DNA of 64,000 nucleotides from positions 64,001-128,000 of the forward strand of contig CAYFHS010000003.1 of assembly GCA_964342815.1 (NCBI GenBank), in the 5' to 3' direction. Below the pieces are notes generated by a model, which worked only from the letters and a program-made list of their open reading frames with translations, made no database searches and was not told the DNA's origin. Source of the stretch: an uncultured archaeon. Lineage in GTDB: Archaea; Thermoplasmatota; Penumbrarchaeia; JASLWR01. A program made the position numbers and the translations under genes. This document shows positions 9,221 to 18,572 of this stretch, in pieces (the first letter of the stretch is position 1; the number at the start of each line of letters is the position of its first letter).

Positions 9221-11074
9221 ATGACTGCTAAGAAAAAAAATGCGAAGGAAACTGGAGAACTGTCCATCGAAACGGAAAATCTATTCCCGATAATAAAAAA
9301 ATGGCTGTATTCGGAAAAGGACATCTTTTTACGTGAGCTGGTGGCGAACTCTCTTGACGCCATTACAAAACTGCAGAAGATAATCAGCTTCGGGGATTAT
9401 TCCGGTTCCATCGATCCGTTGATAAGGATAACGGTGGACACGGAAAAGGGAACTCTCACAGTGAGCGACAACGGTCTTGGAATGAGCCGTGAGGAGATCG
9501 GGAAATACATCAACCAGATCGCCTTCTCCGGTATCGAGGATTTTGTAAAAAAATATCAGGAAAAGGACGAGAAGGACCAGATCATAGGATTTTTCGGGGT
9601 GGGTTTCTATTCGTCGTTCATGGTATCGGACAAAGTGGAGATAATCAGCAGGTCGTATCAGGAAGGCACCACGGCAGTAAAATGGAGCTGCGAGGGCACC
9701 ACTAAATACTCCATGGAACCAGCGGAGCGCGAGGAGGTTGGCACCGACGTGATACTCTACCTCGACGAGGAAAACAAGGATTACCTCAAAAAATACGAGA
9801 TCAAGAAGATAATATCGACCCACTGCCAGTTCCTGCCCGTGCCCATTGAGTTCGGAGACGAAAAGATCAACGATCCCGACCCATTGTGGAACAAATCGCC
9901 CTCCGAGGTAAGCGAAGATGACTATAAAAAATTCTACAGGGACCTTTACGGTACTTTCGAGGAACCGTTGTTCTGGATACATCTGAACGTGGATTACCCC
10001 TTTGAGCTGAAAGGAATTCTATATTTTCCGAAACTGAAACGCGAGATGGAAGCGCCCGGCCAGCAGATCCGTATCTACTGCAATCAGATGTTCGTGACAG
10101 ATCACTCGAAGGAACTGGTTCCAGAGTTTCTGACCCTTCTGCAGGGTGCGGTGGATTCTCCGGACATTCCTCTCAATATTTCCCGGTCAATGCTCCAGCG
10201 CAATCCCACGGTCATGAAGATCGGACGGCTGATCGTACGTGAGGTTGCTGGAAAGATCAACTCCATGTACAAGGACGAACGGGGAAGACTGGAGACAATA
10301 TGGCCTGACGTGAATTCGATACTGAAATACGGTACTCTGCAGGACAATAACTTCTACGAAAAGATCAAGGATTCCATCATCTATCTGAGCAGCTCCGGGG
10401 GTTACATAACTCTACCCGAGTATCTGGAACGAAATAAAGGGAAGAACGAGAATACCGTTCTGTATGCCAGCGATACGGTGAAGCAGGGGACCTATCTCGG
10501 TCTTGTGGAAGAGAACGGGCTCGAGGCGTTGATAATGGATTCTCTGCTAGACGTCCATTTCATTCAATTCCTTGAAAGCCAGGACGGCGAGCTGCACTTT
10601 TTAAGGGTGGATTCGGATATAAGCCGTTTCCTGAAAAAGGACGAAGAAAAGGATGAAGCGAAAGAGGACGAGAAAGGCGGCAAGGATGAAGAAAAGATCG
10701 AAAAAATATTCAAAGAACATATCGACAAAGAGGGAATGCTTATAAAGGCGGAGATGCTGACCAGCGAGAAAGTCCCCGCCATGCTGGTGGTGGAGGAGCA
10801 GATGCGCCGCTACGAGGATATGAGCAAGCTGTTCAAGACGAAAACCATACCATTCCACGCCGGCCATGCTTTGATCATAAATCTCAACAGCCCCATCATA
10901 AAGAATATCCTGAAGCTGTACCGCGGCCGCAAGAAGGACCGGAAGGAAAGGATACAAAGATTATGCGGGAACGTCTATGATCTGGCCCTGCTTTCGCAGG
11001 GAAAATTGAAGGGTGATGAACTTACGGCCTTTATTAAACGGTCGGAAGAAGTGTTGGAGCGCTATGGGTCATAG
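9221..11074 (+). CDS. htpG: Molecular chaperone HtpG (Hsp90)
   Basis: ENLFPIIKKWLYSEKDIFLRELVANS.DA, DNGLGMS, IGFFGVGFYS.FMV, GTDV.L, IPLNISRS.LQ. Confidence 0.95.
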   Translation: MTAKKKNAKETGELSIETENLFPIIKKWLYSEKDIFLRELVANSLDAITKLQKIISFGDYSGSIDPLIRITVDTEKGTLTVSDNGLGMSREEIGKYINQIAFSGIEDFVKKYQEKDEKDQIIGFFGVGFYSSFMVSDKVEIISRSYQEGTTAVKWSCEGTTKYSMEPAEREEVGTDVILYLDEENKDYLKKYEIKKIISTHCQFLPVPIEFGDEKINDPDPLWNKSPSEVSEDDYKKFYRDLYGTFEEPLFWIHLNVDYPFELKGILYFPKLKREMEAPGQQIRIYCNQMFVTDHSKELVPEFLTLLQGAVDSPDIPLNISRSMLQRNPTVMKIGRLIVREVAGKINSMYKDERGRLETIWPDVNSILKYGTLQDNNFYEKIKDSIIYLSSSGGYITLPEYLERNKGKNENTVLYASDTVKQGTYLGLVEENGLEALIMDSLLDVHFIQFLESQDGELHFLRVDSDISRFLKKDEEKDEAKEDEKGGKDEEKIEKIFKEHIDKEGMLIKAEMLTSEKVPAMLVVEEQMRRYEDMSKLFKTKTIPFHAGHALIINLNSPIIKNILKLYRGRKKDRKERIQRLCGNVYDLALLSQGKLKGDELTAFIKRSEEVLERYGS

Positions 11075-11159
11075 GCACAGAGTCTCAGATATTATGTCAA
11101 AGTATTTGCAAATTTATATATTAATCGATGTTGAAAATTGAAGGCAGGGGATTAAGGCC

Positions 11160-11261
11160 ATGCTACGTAAAAAGGTTGATCTGGAAAATATCCTCGGCAT
11201 TTTCGATGAAGGCGGAAACGCTGTGGAATCCAAGAAGAAGGTTCAACGGGGTTTGAAATGA
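11160..11261 (+). pseudogene. Probable C-terminal remnant of a VapB/AbrB-type antitoxin
   Basis: 33-aa ORF MLRKKVDLENILGIFDEGGNAVESKKKVQRGLK; its TGA overlaps the ATG of the PIN remnant (ATGA). Confidence 0.45.
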
Positions 11262-11317
11262 TTTTCGTTGACTCGGATTTCGATAAGGTCGACGGGATCA
11301 ATAGAAAATACGAATAG
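11258..11317 (+). pseudogene. Internally deleted VapC/PIN toxin remnant
   Basis: 19-aa ORF MIFVDSDFDKVDGINRKYE joins a typical PIN N-terminus (MIFVDS) to a typical PIN C-terminus (DSDFDKV.GI). Confidence 0.55.
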
Positions 11318-11344
11318 ATATTGCCTACGAGACCTTTGAAAATT

Positions 11345-14014
11345 TCACTTTTTTTCCACGAAAAGCGTGATATCCCGTTCAGGGATGTTTATGGTATCCA
11401 CCCTTTTTCCGCTCAGCGTCATGGCTCTCTCGAAAAGCAGAAAATCCATCGGTATCTCCACGTCTCCCTTTCCGGGGACGTTGACGTAGAATCCGCCACC
11501 GTTGGCTTTCTCCCAAGCTACCAGTGGATCAATCTCCTTTACCGCCTGGAAAATAAATCTTGCGTCCCCCTTGAAGTGAGGACCTATCTTCGAAAAATCG
11601 GGTTTGACACCTACCACCATTTCCTCCATGTCCCCCCTGTCCACAAATTTCACGCCGTCAGCCACCATGGGGGAAAGCATATCTCCAATGGAATCGGTTA
11701 TAGCCGCCCGGTCGGAAATGGAGATCATGACCTCGCCGAGAGCTGTGTTAAGAGGCATTTTCGATTCCGATTTATAGGCTCGGATTGCCGACGTTATCTC
11801 CACTACCAAATTTCCTTTCTTCTCTCCCACATCGTCCTTCAGAATTGGTTTCGGCCACAGGGAGATATGAATGCTCTTGTCTCCCTCTCCGTCCTTGTAG
11901 ATGTCGTGGAAAAGCTCCTCGGTGACATGGACCAGGAACGGTGCGAGTAATTTTATTATTCCCAATCCAACCCGGTACAAAGTGAATAATAGCGCCCGGT
12001 CGTTTCCGGCATATATCCTGTTCTTCACTATCTCGAGATAGTGGTCCGCAAGGCGGTGCCACATGAAATAGACGGTATCCCGTACGGACCTGTCGAACCT
12101 GAACCGGTTCATTTCCTCGGTGCATTCCTCCACCAGTTTCGAATACAGCGAAAGCAGCCATATATCGATAGGATGAAGATCGTTGCGGACCTGTTCCAGG
12201 GTAATGGAAGACGCATCGATCCCGTTATCCCTACCCTTCTCCACAGCTACCGATATCAACTGCTGGATGTTGTACAATTTTCTTGTAATATGCAGTCCGC
12301 GGACAATATCCTGCTGCCTGAAAGCGTTATCCTTCCCCAGGGCGCAGGTAGTGGCATAATATCTCAGGGGTTCGGCCCCGCTTTCATCGAGTATCTTCAG
12401 TGGATTGATGACGTTTCCCTTGGACGCGTGCATTGGCGAGCCGTCCGCAGCCAGTATGAATCCACCCATCATTATGTCCTTCCACGGTATGCTGTCGCAG
12501 AGAAGTTTGCTTCTGAGAATCGTATAAAAAGCCCAGGTTCGAATGATATCGTGTGACTGGGGTCGCAGTGACATGGGGAAGAATTTTTCGAAATTTTCAT
12601 CATCACGGAGCCAGAACGTATTGTAAAGAGGCGTAATGGAAGAATCCATCCATGTATCGAAGACTTCCTCTGAGCCGCGCATTCCGCCGCCGCAGTCACT
12701 GCATTTTTCTCGAGGCGCCTCGTGGATGGTGGGATCGATATAGCAGTTCTCCTCTTCGGGGACATCGATATGCCCGCAGTCCTCGCATTCCCAGGCCGGA
12801 ATAGGTGTTGCGAAGTAGCGCTGCCTCGAAATGACCCAGTCCCAGCTCAGGGAGTTGACCCATTCTTCAAGGCGTATCCGCATGAACTCGGGGAACCATT
12901 TTATCTCGTCCGAGCATTTCAGCACGTCAAGACGAAAGGGCAGGGTCTTCAAAAACCACTGTTTGGACAGCAGAAACTCGATGGGTGTCGAGCAGCGCCA
13001 GCACATTCCCACATTCTGTTCCAGCTCCTCCTGCTTCCATATGGTCCCGGTGGATTTAAGATCCTCGATTATCGCTTTCCTGGCGTCCTCAAGATACATT
13101 CCCTGGTATTTTCCGGCAAGGTCGGTCATGTTCCCATGCTCGTCGATGCCCATTTCCATCTTCAATCCGTAGTTGAAAACCCAGTTAAGATCGTCTTTAT
13201 CCCCTATGGTGCATATCATTACAACACCGGTGCCGAAGTCGGAATCCACCTCATCGTCAAGTTTCACGGGTACTTCCCTGTTGTAGATGGGTGTTATCAG
13301 CGTCTTGCCCCGAAGCTTTTCCGCTCTCGGATCGTCAGGATTCAATGCCACCATCTGGCAAGTACAAAGCAGTTCGGGGCGCGTGGTGGCAATAGCTATC
13401 TTCTCCCCGGTCTCCTTTTCGATAAAATTATAATAGTTCAGTTTGGTGGTTCGGTCTTGATAAACCACTTCCGACTCGGCGAGGGCGGTCCCACAACGGG
13501 GGCACCAATTTACAGGAAACCGGTCCTTGTAGATCAAACCCTTGTTGAACAACCTGATAAAGGATATCTGGGTCAACCTGCGGTAGTACTTGGCGTTTGT
13601 CTGGTAGTACACCGAGGGGTCCATAGACTCTCCAAGTATCTTGAACTGTCGTGTCATCTCATCTATATTGGCCTCTGCGAACTCCTCGCATAGACTGATG
13701 AACTCATGGCGGTCGCAGTCCTTCATCCTGATCCCGTATTTCTTCTCCACGTTAACCTCTATTGGCATACCGTTTACATCGAAACACAGCGGGAACATTA
13801 CATTCTTGCCCAGCATTCTGTGGTATCTTGCCGCGAAATCGATGTGCGTGTAGTGGACCGCATGGCCAATGTGAAGCGGACCTGAAGCATACCGCGGCGG
13901 GTTGTCTATGGAATACGGTTCCCGGTCACTGTCAGGATCGAAGTGATATATTTCCTCTTTCTCCCACCAATCCTGCCATTTCTTCTCGATCTCGATTAGG
14001 TTGAAATCGGTCAT
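11345..14014 (-). CDS. valS: Valine--tRNA ligase
   Basis: DNPPRYASGPLHIGH (HIGH), WDWVISRQRYFATPIP, MHASKGN (KMSKS equivalent). Start set to ATG 14014, which has a purine-rich SD. Confidence 0.95.
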   Translation of the reverse strand: MTDFNLIEIEKKWQDWWEKEEIYHFDPDSDREPYSIDNPPRYASGPLHIGHAVHYTHIDFAARYHRMLGKNVMFPLCFDVNGMPIEVNVEKKYGIRMKDCDRHEFISLCEEFAEANIDEMTRQFKILGESMDPSVYYQTNAKYYRRLTQISFIRLFNKGLIYKDRFPVNWCPRCGTALAESEVVYQDRTTKLNYYNFIEKETGEKIAIATTRPELLCTCQMVALNPDDPRAEKLRGKTLITPIYNREVPVKLDDEVDSDFGTGVVMICTIGDKDDLNWVFNYGLKMEMGIDEHGNMTDLAGKYQGMYLEDARKAIIEDLKSTGTIWKQEELEQNVGMCWRCSTPIEFLLSKQWFLKTLPFRLDVLKCSDEIKWFPEFMRIRLEEWVNSLSWDWVISRQRYFATPIPAWECEDCGHIDVPEEENCYIDPTIHEAPREKCSDCGGGMRGSEEVFDTWMDSSITPLYNTFWLRDDENFEKFFPMSLRPQSHDIIRTWAFYTILRSKLLCDSIPWKDIMMGGFILAADGSPMHASKGNVINPLKILDESGAEPLRYYATTCALGKDNAFRQQDIVRGLHITRKLYNIQQLISVAVEKGRDNGIDASSITLEQVRNDLHPIDIWLLSLYSKLVEECTEEMNRFRFDRSVRDTVYFMWHRLADHYLEIVKNRIYAGNDRALLFTLYRVGLGIIKLLAPFLVHVTEELFHDIYKDGEGDKSIHISLWPKPILKDDVGEKKGNLVVEITSAIRAYKSESKMPLNTALGEVMISISDRAAITDSIGDMLSPMVADGVKFVDRGDMEEMVVGVKPDFSKIGPHFKGDARFIFQAVKEIDPLVAWEKANGGGFYVNVPGKGDVEIPMDFLLFERAMTLSGKRVDTINIPERDITLFVEKK

Positions 14015-14179
14015 TCTTTCCCCTCTGTAACTTTTTATGCTCCGGCAGTTCCTACCAGTATTGAGGGGATAAATATCCATCTCAAACAGCTAATACGTAA
14101 CTTTGCCGAACCTCGATTGTGTGTAAGTCAAACCCCAAATTATTGAATTCGCCTACTTTGATAGCTCTGAAAGTAAAGG

Positions 14180-14254
14180 CGGACGCGAGGGGATTCGAAC
14201 CCCTGACACCTGGCTTAGGAGGCCAGTGCCCTATCCGGGCTAGGCTACGCGCCC
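14180..14254 (-). tRNA. tRNA-Arg(CCT)
   Basis: Reverse complement GGGCGCGTAGCCTAGCCCGGATAGGGCACTGGC-CTCCTAA-GCCAG...GGTTCGAATCCC.CGCGTCCG. The acceptor stem pairs; only CC follows (no terminal A encoded). Confidence 0.95.
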
Positions 14255-14474
14255 ATTGTGAGCGAATTTTAATGAGTGAACAATGGGCAAGTAGGAAGTG
14301 AACCGTTAGGTTTACCTTCCGAACGCGCTCATTGTGAGTGAGCGAATGCGAATGAACAATGGGCAAGTCAGCCGTGCCATTGGTACGGCGCTACGCGCCC
14401 ATTATGAGTGAGCGAATCGAACGAGTAATGGGCAAGTGAGTTGCATCTTGATGCAACGCTATGCACCCATAATG
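14244..14474 (-). repeat. Tandem array of about 70-bp hairpin units, each carrying a copy of the tRNA 5' end
   Basis: gctacgcgccc-like copies at 14244, about 14320, 14390 and 14458; (c/t)aatgggcaagt at 14281, 14357 and 14426; a different hairpin between each pair of units. Confidence 0.85.
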
Positions 14475-14664
14475 AAGTACATGATACTTTTTTCATTCTT
14501 TAATTAATATGAAATGAGATTAGGGCAATACGAATTATTATATTAAAGTTTTAAGCAATGGTTTTATTGGTGGACTATATTGATTCATCACTGTATTTTT
14601 TTGTCAAATCTGGGAAAATCTATTTTAGACATCCCGTGATATAACCGAAAACGGAGGCTAGATC

Positions 14665-16149
14665 ATGTCAGAACAAACAGAAGAAGTTTTTCAAGCCCTT
14701 GCGGATGTCGCAGCTTTGGGTGAGCCTGAACAGCTATGGAATCACTTTTTGAATATCACAAAAATCCCCCGATGTTCGAAGAACGAGGAAAGGATCAGGG
14801 AGTCCATTGTGAAATTTGCAGGAGCTCTAATGCTCCAGTGTGAGGTGGATGCTGCCGGAAATGTTCTGGTAAAAAAACCTGCTTTCCCCGGAAAGGAGAA
14901 CTCACCGACAGTTATTCTTCAAGGGCATATCGACATGGTATGCGAAAAGAACGACGAAGTACAGCACGATTTCTCGAGTGATCCTCTAAAATTACGCGTC
15001 AAGGGCGATTACCTATATGCCACCGATACAACGCTGGGGGCCGATAATGGTATTGGCGCTGCCGCTATGCTCGCAGTAATGGAGGATACTTCCATTTCAC
15101 ATGGACCCTTGGAATTCCTTTTTACAGTTGATGAAGAGACCGGTCTCACCGGCGCGTTCCAGCTAAAGGAGGAATTTCTCGAAGGGCGCCGAATGCTCAA
15201 TCTCGATACCGAGGAAGAAGGAGCAATTTACGTGGGCTGCGCGGGAGGTGCCGACAGCAAGATATTCTTACCTCTGGAAACCGAACCCACGCCGGAGGGT
15301 ACCGGGATAAAAATCAACGTCACGGGCTTACTAGGCGGTCATTCTGGTGTTGATATACATCTCGGAAGGGCAAACTCCAATGTTCTTCTCGCGAGGAGCT
15401 TGAAGGCTTTATCAAAGCAAATCGATTTTAGACTTGTGGACATAACCGGTGGAACCAAACGCAATGCCATACCGCGTCAATCCTCGGCACTTTTACTTGT
15501 CAAGCCTTCGGAGGACATCGGCTTGCTGGAGCAGGTAGTGGAAAAAACCCTGGAGGGCTTCAGGAACGAATTCACCGTTGAGTCGAACATCGTCGTGGAA
15601 TTAAAAAGAAGCGAGATTCCAATAGAGCGGTGCCTCAATAACACCTCAACTACAAAGGTCATTGACCTTCTAATCTCTCTTCCCAACGGGGTTCAGGCAA
15701 TGTGTCAGGACATACCGGATCTGGTGGAGACCTCCACAAATCTTGCCATAATTACAATACATAACGACCGGTTCACGGTGCAAATGAATTCCAGGTCATC
15801 CGTGGAATCCGCTCTCGAGTGGGCCCTGGATCATATCGAATCAATATCGTGGTTGTCGAGAGCAAGGTTCAAGAAAGGAGGCAGCTACCCCGGCTGGAAA
15901 CCGGATATTTCATCCAGTCTATTGAAAACGTTAAAACAAGTACACAAGGATGTATTGGGTGCCGAACCGGAAATCAAGGCGATACATGCAGGATTGGAAA
16001 CGGGAATAATCGGAGAAAAATTTCCCGGGATGGATATGGTATCTCTGGGACCGCAGATTGAGCACCCGCACTCACCGGAAGAGAGAGTGAAAATATCATC
16101 CACTGCCGATTTCTGGAAGCTTCTCGTGGCCACTCTAGAAAGATTATGA
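14665..16149 (+). CDS. pepD: Aminoacyl-histidine dipeptidase (peptidase M20)
   Basis: LQGHIDMVCEK, TTLGADNGIG, FTVDEETGL.GA, NLDTEEEG, GGHSG.DIH, IHAGLETG. Confidence 0.95.
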   Translation: MSEQTEEVFQALADVAALGEPEQLWNHFLNITKIPRCSKNEERIRESIVKFAGALMLQCEVDAAGNVLVKKPAFPGKENSPTVILQGHIDMVCEKNDEVQHDFSSDPLKLRVKGDYLYATDTTLGADNGIGAAAMLAVMEDTSISHGPLEFLFTVDEETGLTGAFQLKEEFLEGRRMLNLDTEEEGAIYVGCAGGADSKIFLPLETEPTPEGTGIKINVTGLLGGHSGVDIHLGRANSNVLLARSLKALSKQIDFRLVDITGGTKRNAIPRQSSALLLVKPSEDIGLLEQVVEKTLEGFRNEFTVESNIVVELKRSEIPIERCLNNTSTTKVIDLLISLPNGVQAMCQDIPDLVETSTNLAIITIHNDRFTVQMNSRSSVESALEWALDHIESISWLSRARFKKGGSYPGWKPDISSSLLKTLKQVHKDVLGAEPEIKAIHAGLETGIIGEKFPGMDMVSLGPQIEHPHSPEERVKISSTADFWKLLVATLERL

Positions 16150-16156
16150 AAGAGAT

Positions 16157-16456
16157 TCATCTCCACCGTTGATAACGCCTCAAGAGGTTCAGTATAATGT
16201 CCCGGGTTTTCTCATCGAAGAGACCTTCCTCGAACTTGTCGTTTATGTAATCCTTGGCTTCAAAAAGGTTGATCCTCGAACCTTTGGAGAAAAGCGTGGC
16301 TATGAACGAGGGGACTGCCTTGGGGTCCACCTTTCCAGCTTCCAGGGTTTTTCTTAGATCATACTTGAATTCCAATTCCTTTCTGAGATTGAGCATCGGT
16401 TGTTTTTTAGATTTGGGACGCTCGAACTTTTTTTGATACGGGGGTCTTCTGTTCAA
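16157..16456 (-). CDS. Hypothetical protein (99 aa)
   Basis: Protein-like ORF packed between pepD and the downstream membrane gene; no family recognised. Confidence 0.6.
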   Translation of the reverse strand: MNRRPPYQKKFERPKSKKQPMLNLRKELEFKYDLRKTLEAGKVDPKAVPSFIATLFSKGSRINLFEAKDYINDKFEEGLFDEKTRDIILNLLRRYQRWR

Positions 16457-16491
16457 ATTATAACCTCTTTTTTAAGCGTGGACGTTTCCTG

Positions 16492-17340
16492 TCAGCCTTT
16501 GAGTTTTCCAAGAATTGAAGTGATGATGAGTATAATTATCATTGTGATAAAGGAGAGTATTACACCAACGAAGAGTACGCCGGCTCCCAGCATTATATAT
16601 GCAGAAAAATACTTCATATAATCTGTCTGACCAATTGCAACGAGAACGATATTTATAACTAGAAAGATCAATGCGATGATCCCTGCCCCTTTCCATGCAC
16701 TCTTTAGATCGGGGGGGGAGAGAGACATATGAAGAGAAATGCAGGAAGCCACCAAAAAGAACACCCAGAACTCCCAATGTCCATAAGTACCCCATCCATC
16801 GCTCCAGAATATAACCTCAACGGTGGATTTGATAGTGTCCCAGAGCATGGTAATGTAACCCATGAAAGTTAGGTCCACCCCCGAAGCATGATTGCGAAGG
16901 GCCCCGAAAAAATCCGAACCTCCGGGAAGGAGAAGCCAGATCAACAGGGCGATAATGGTAGAGCCAAGTATGATTGGGCCGGTTCCGATGAAAAGATAGC
17001 CAATGTTATTGTATATGCTGCCCTTGCAGCTGTGTTTGACGTATCCCAGAGTATAGCCACCCGATTCGTCCCTTTCCGGTTTGAATGGTACGAACTCGTG
17101 GATCTTGTGGCCGAAGAGCAGACAGAAAATCGCATGCCCTGTCTCGTGAATCGGCGTTCCAAGCCAACCTGTCGAGAAGATCACAGCTTTGAAACTGAAT
17201 ATTCTCATCAACATCTTGTTGCTCATTTTCTCGAAGAATGCAATCAGAAAACCAACCGCTAAAAGCGGTCCGAAAAGAACGAGCATCTGTGTTATCGTCG
17301 CAATAACGACATTTAGAACGAACTCAAGTATGGCATTCAT
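16492..17340 (-). CDS. Membrane-embedded Zn metallopeptidase-like protein (M50-like)
   Basis: Multiple TM helices, GTPIHETGH (HExxH), GYVKH, LSPPD. Confidence 0.75.
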   Translation of the reverse strand: MNAILEFVLNVVIATITQMLVLFGPLLAVGFLIAFFEKMSNKMLMRIFSFKAVIFSTGWLGTPIHETGHAIFCLLFGHKIHEFVPFKPERDESGGYTLGYVKHSCKGSIYNNIGYLFIGTGPIILGSTIIALLIWLLLPGGSDFFGALRNHASGVDLTFMGYITMLWDTIKSTVEVIFWSDGWGTYGHWEFWVFFLVASCISLHMSLSPPDLKSAWKGAGIIALIFLVINIVLVAIGQTDYMKYFSAYIMLGAGVLFVGVILSFITMIIILIITSILGKLKG

Positions 17341-17658
17341 CTGATCACTTATTAATTTTCACTGCACCTGAGTAAAGAAAATATTCCACTATTCCGACCC
17401 CAGCCGTCAATGACGGTTTATGAACGGATTGATGTTATATATAATTTCTGTGGTAAAGGAACACACGACGGCGACTGTTTTATCATGCTCCATTTGAAAT
17501 GAATCGGAACTATGTTGATAACGCAACGAAGGTGGTATCCTCGGAGGTGTATTTAAAGACAAATCCACCCAAACCCAATTTTAATTCTATTACGAAATAA
17601 TTTATAAGATGAAAACCCTCAATAGCGAAAATATTGGTTTTACACGGAGGTAGAGACA

Positions 17659-17925
17659 ATGGAGCTATGGCTGATAATTGTAATTGTAGTTGTTTTTCTA
17701 TTGCTAGTAGGTATTATCATATGGCTTTTGAAAAGGGGATCGAAAAAACAACCCCAGGAATACGAATGCCCCAAATGCGGTGCGCTGCTGCTTGGCCTTC
17801 AGGATAAATGTCCCAAATGCGGCCACAATTTTATAGAAGAAAAACACATATGCCCTCACTGCAAAAAACCTGTTGCCAAGGATGCATCCATCTGCGACGA
17901 TTGCGGTACCGAATTCCGGTTCTGA
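17659..17925 (+). CDS. Membrane-anchored double zinc-ribbon protein
   Basis: GGAGGT SD, N-terminal TM helix, four CxxC motifs (CPKC, CPKC, CPHC, CDDC). Confidence 0.8.
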   Translation: MELWLIIVIVVVFLLLVGIIIWLLKRGSKKQPQEYECPKCGALLLGLQDKCPKCGHNFIEEKHICPHCKKPVAKDASICDDCGTEFRF

Positions 17926-18147
17926 GTATTAGACTACCATATGAAATAAAAATATCCTGGGAAATGCTATTTCCAGGTGTTTCATAGTCTGGAAAATATA
18001 TTTTGACCACAATCGTTTCTCTTATTAAAGAGGACCTACAAGCTTCAGCAAACGCAGACCCTAAACTCATAAAAAATATTGATAATGCCAAAAAATCACT
18101 TTATCCATGACTTCGAGCATCTTGATGAGCCAAAGTGAGCTCATCTG

Positions 18148-18173
18148 ACTTGCCGAGGCGTGACTCGGCAAGT
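18148..18173. repeat. Perfect palindrome ACTTGCCGAG-N6-CTCGGCAAGT (REP-like)
   Basis: 10-bp perfect inverted repeat in an intergenic region; the CTCGGCAAGT arm also occurs at 4577-4586. Confidence 0.6.
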
Positions 18174-18430
18174 GTGAGCGGGGGTGAGGCGCGAGTCAGC
18201 GGAGAAGTCAGGGAGGGGGCTTGGGATGGCACTTTCACCACTTTCAATAATGTTAATATCTGGCCGGCTTACACTCTCCATGGTCGCAAGTCCGTTGGGT
18301 TACTTCGTAAACGAGGCCTGCGCCCTCTACTATTTCTTCGGGAGGTATTCCTCCAGGTGAAATCCACATTTCCAAATGAGGGTGATTCACAAAAAAATTT
18401 ATTAGTAAAAATCCAATTCAGCCTACACAC

Positions 18431-18504
18431 GGGCCAATGGTCTAGGTGGTTATGATGTTGCCTTCACACGGCAAAGATCGCCGGTTCGAATCCGGCTTGG
18501 CCCA
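18431..18504 (+). tRNA. tRNA-Val(CAC)
   Basis: GGGCCAA...TTGCC-TTCACAC-GGCAA...GGTTCGAATCC.GCTTGGCCCA; the stems pair. Confidence 0.95.
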
Positions 18505-18572
18505 TTCTTTTATTTTTCATTCCATCGATATGAGTAAGAACGGATCTGGTGTTTTTTATCGAAAACGAACTC

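Noticed and set aside
12722-13693. 323-aa plus-strand ORF (also 11321-11950 and 12041-12556)
   Set aside because: Antisense to valS with no motifs; a codon-bias shadow.
14082-14366. 94-aa ORF across the tRNA-Arg locus
   Set aside because: Translation of the tRNA and its repeat leader.
14244-14474. Possible mini-CRISPR array (constant units with variable inserts)
   Set aside because: Units are long, degenerate and of unequal length, the inserts are themselves hairpins, the units contain the tRNA 5' end, and no cas genes are present. Kept as a non-CRISPR repeat.
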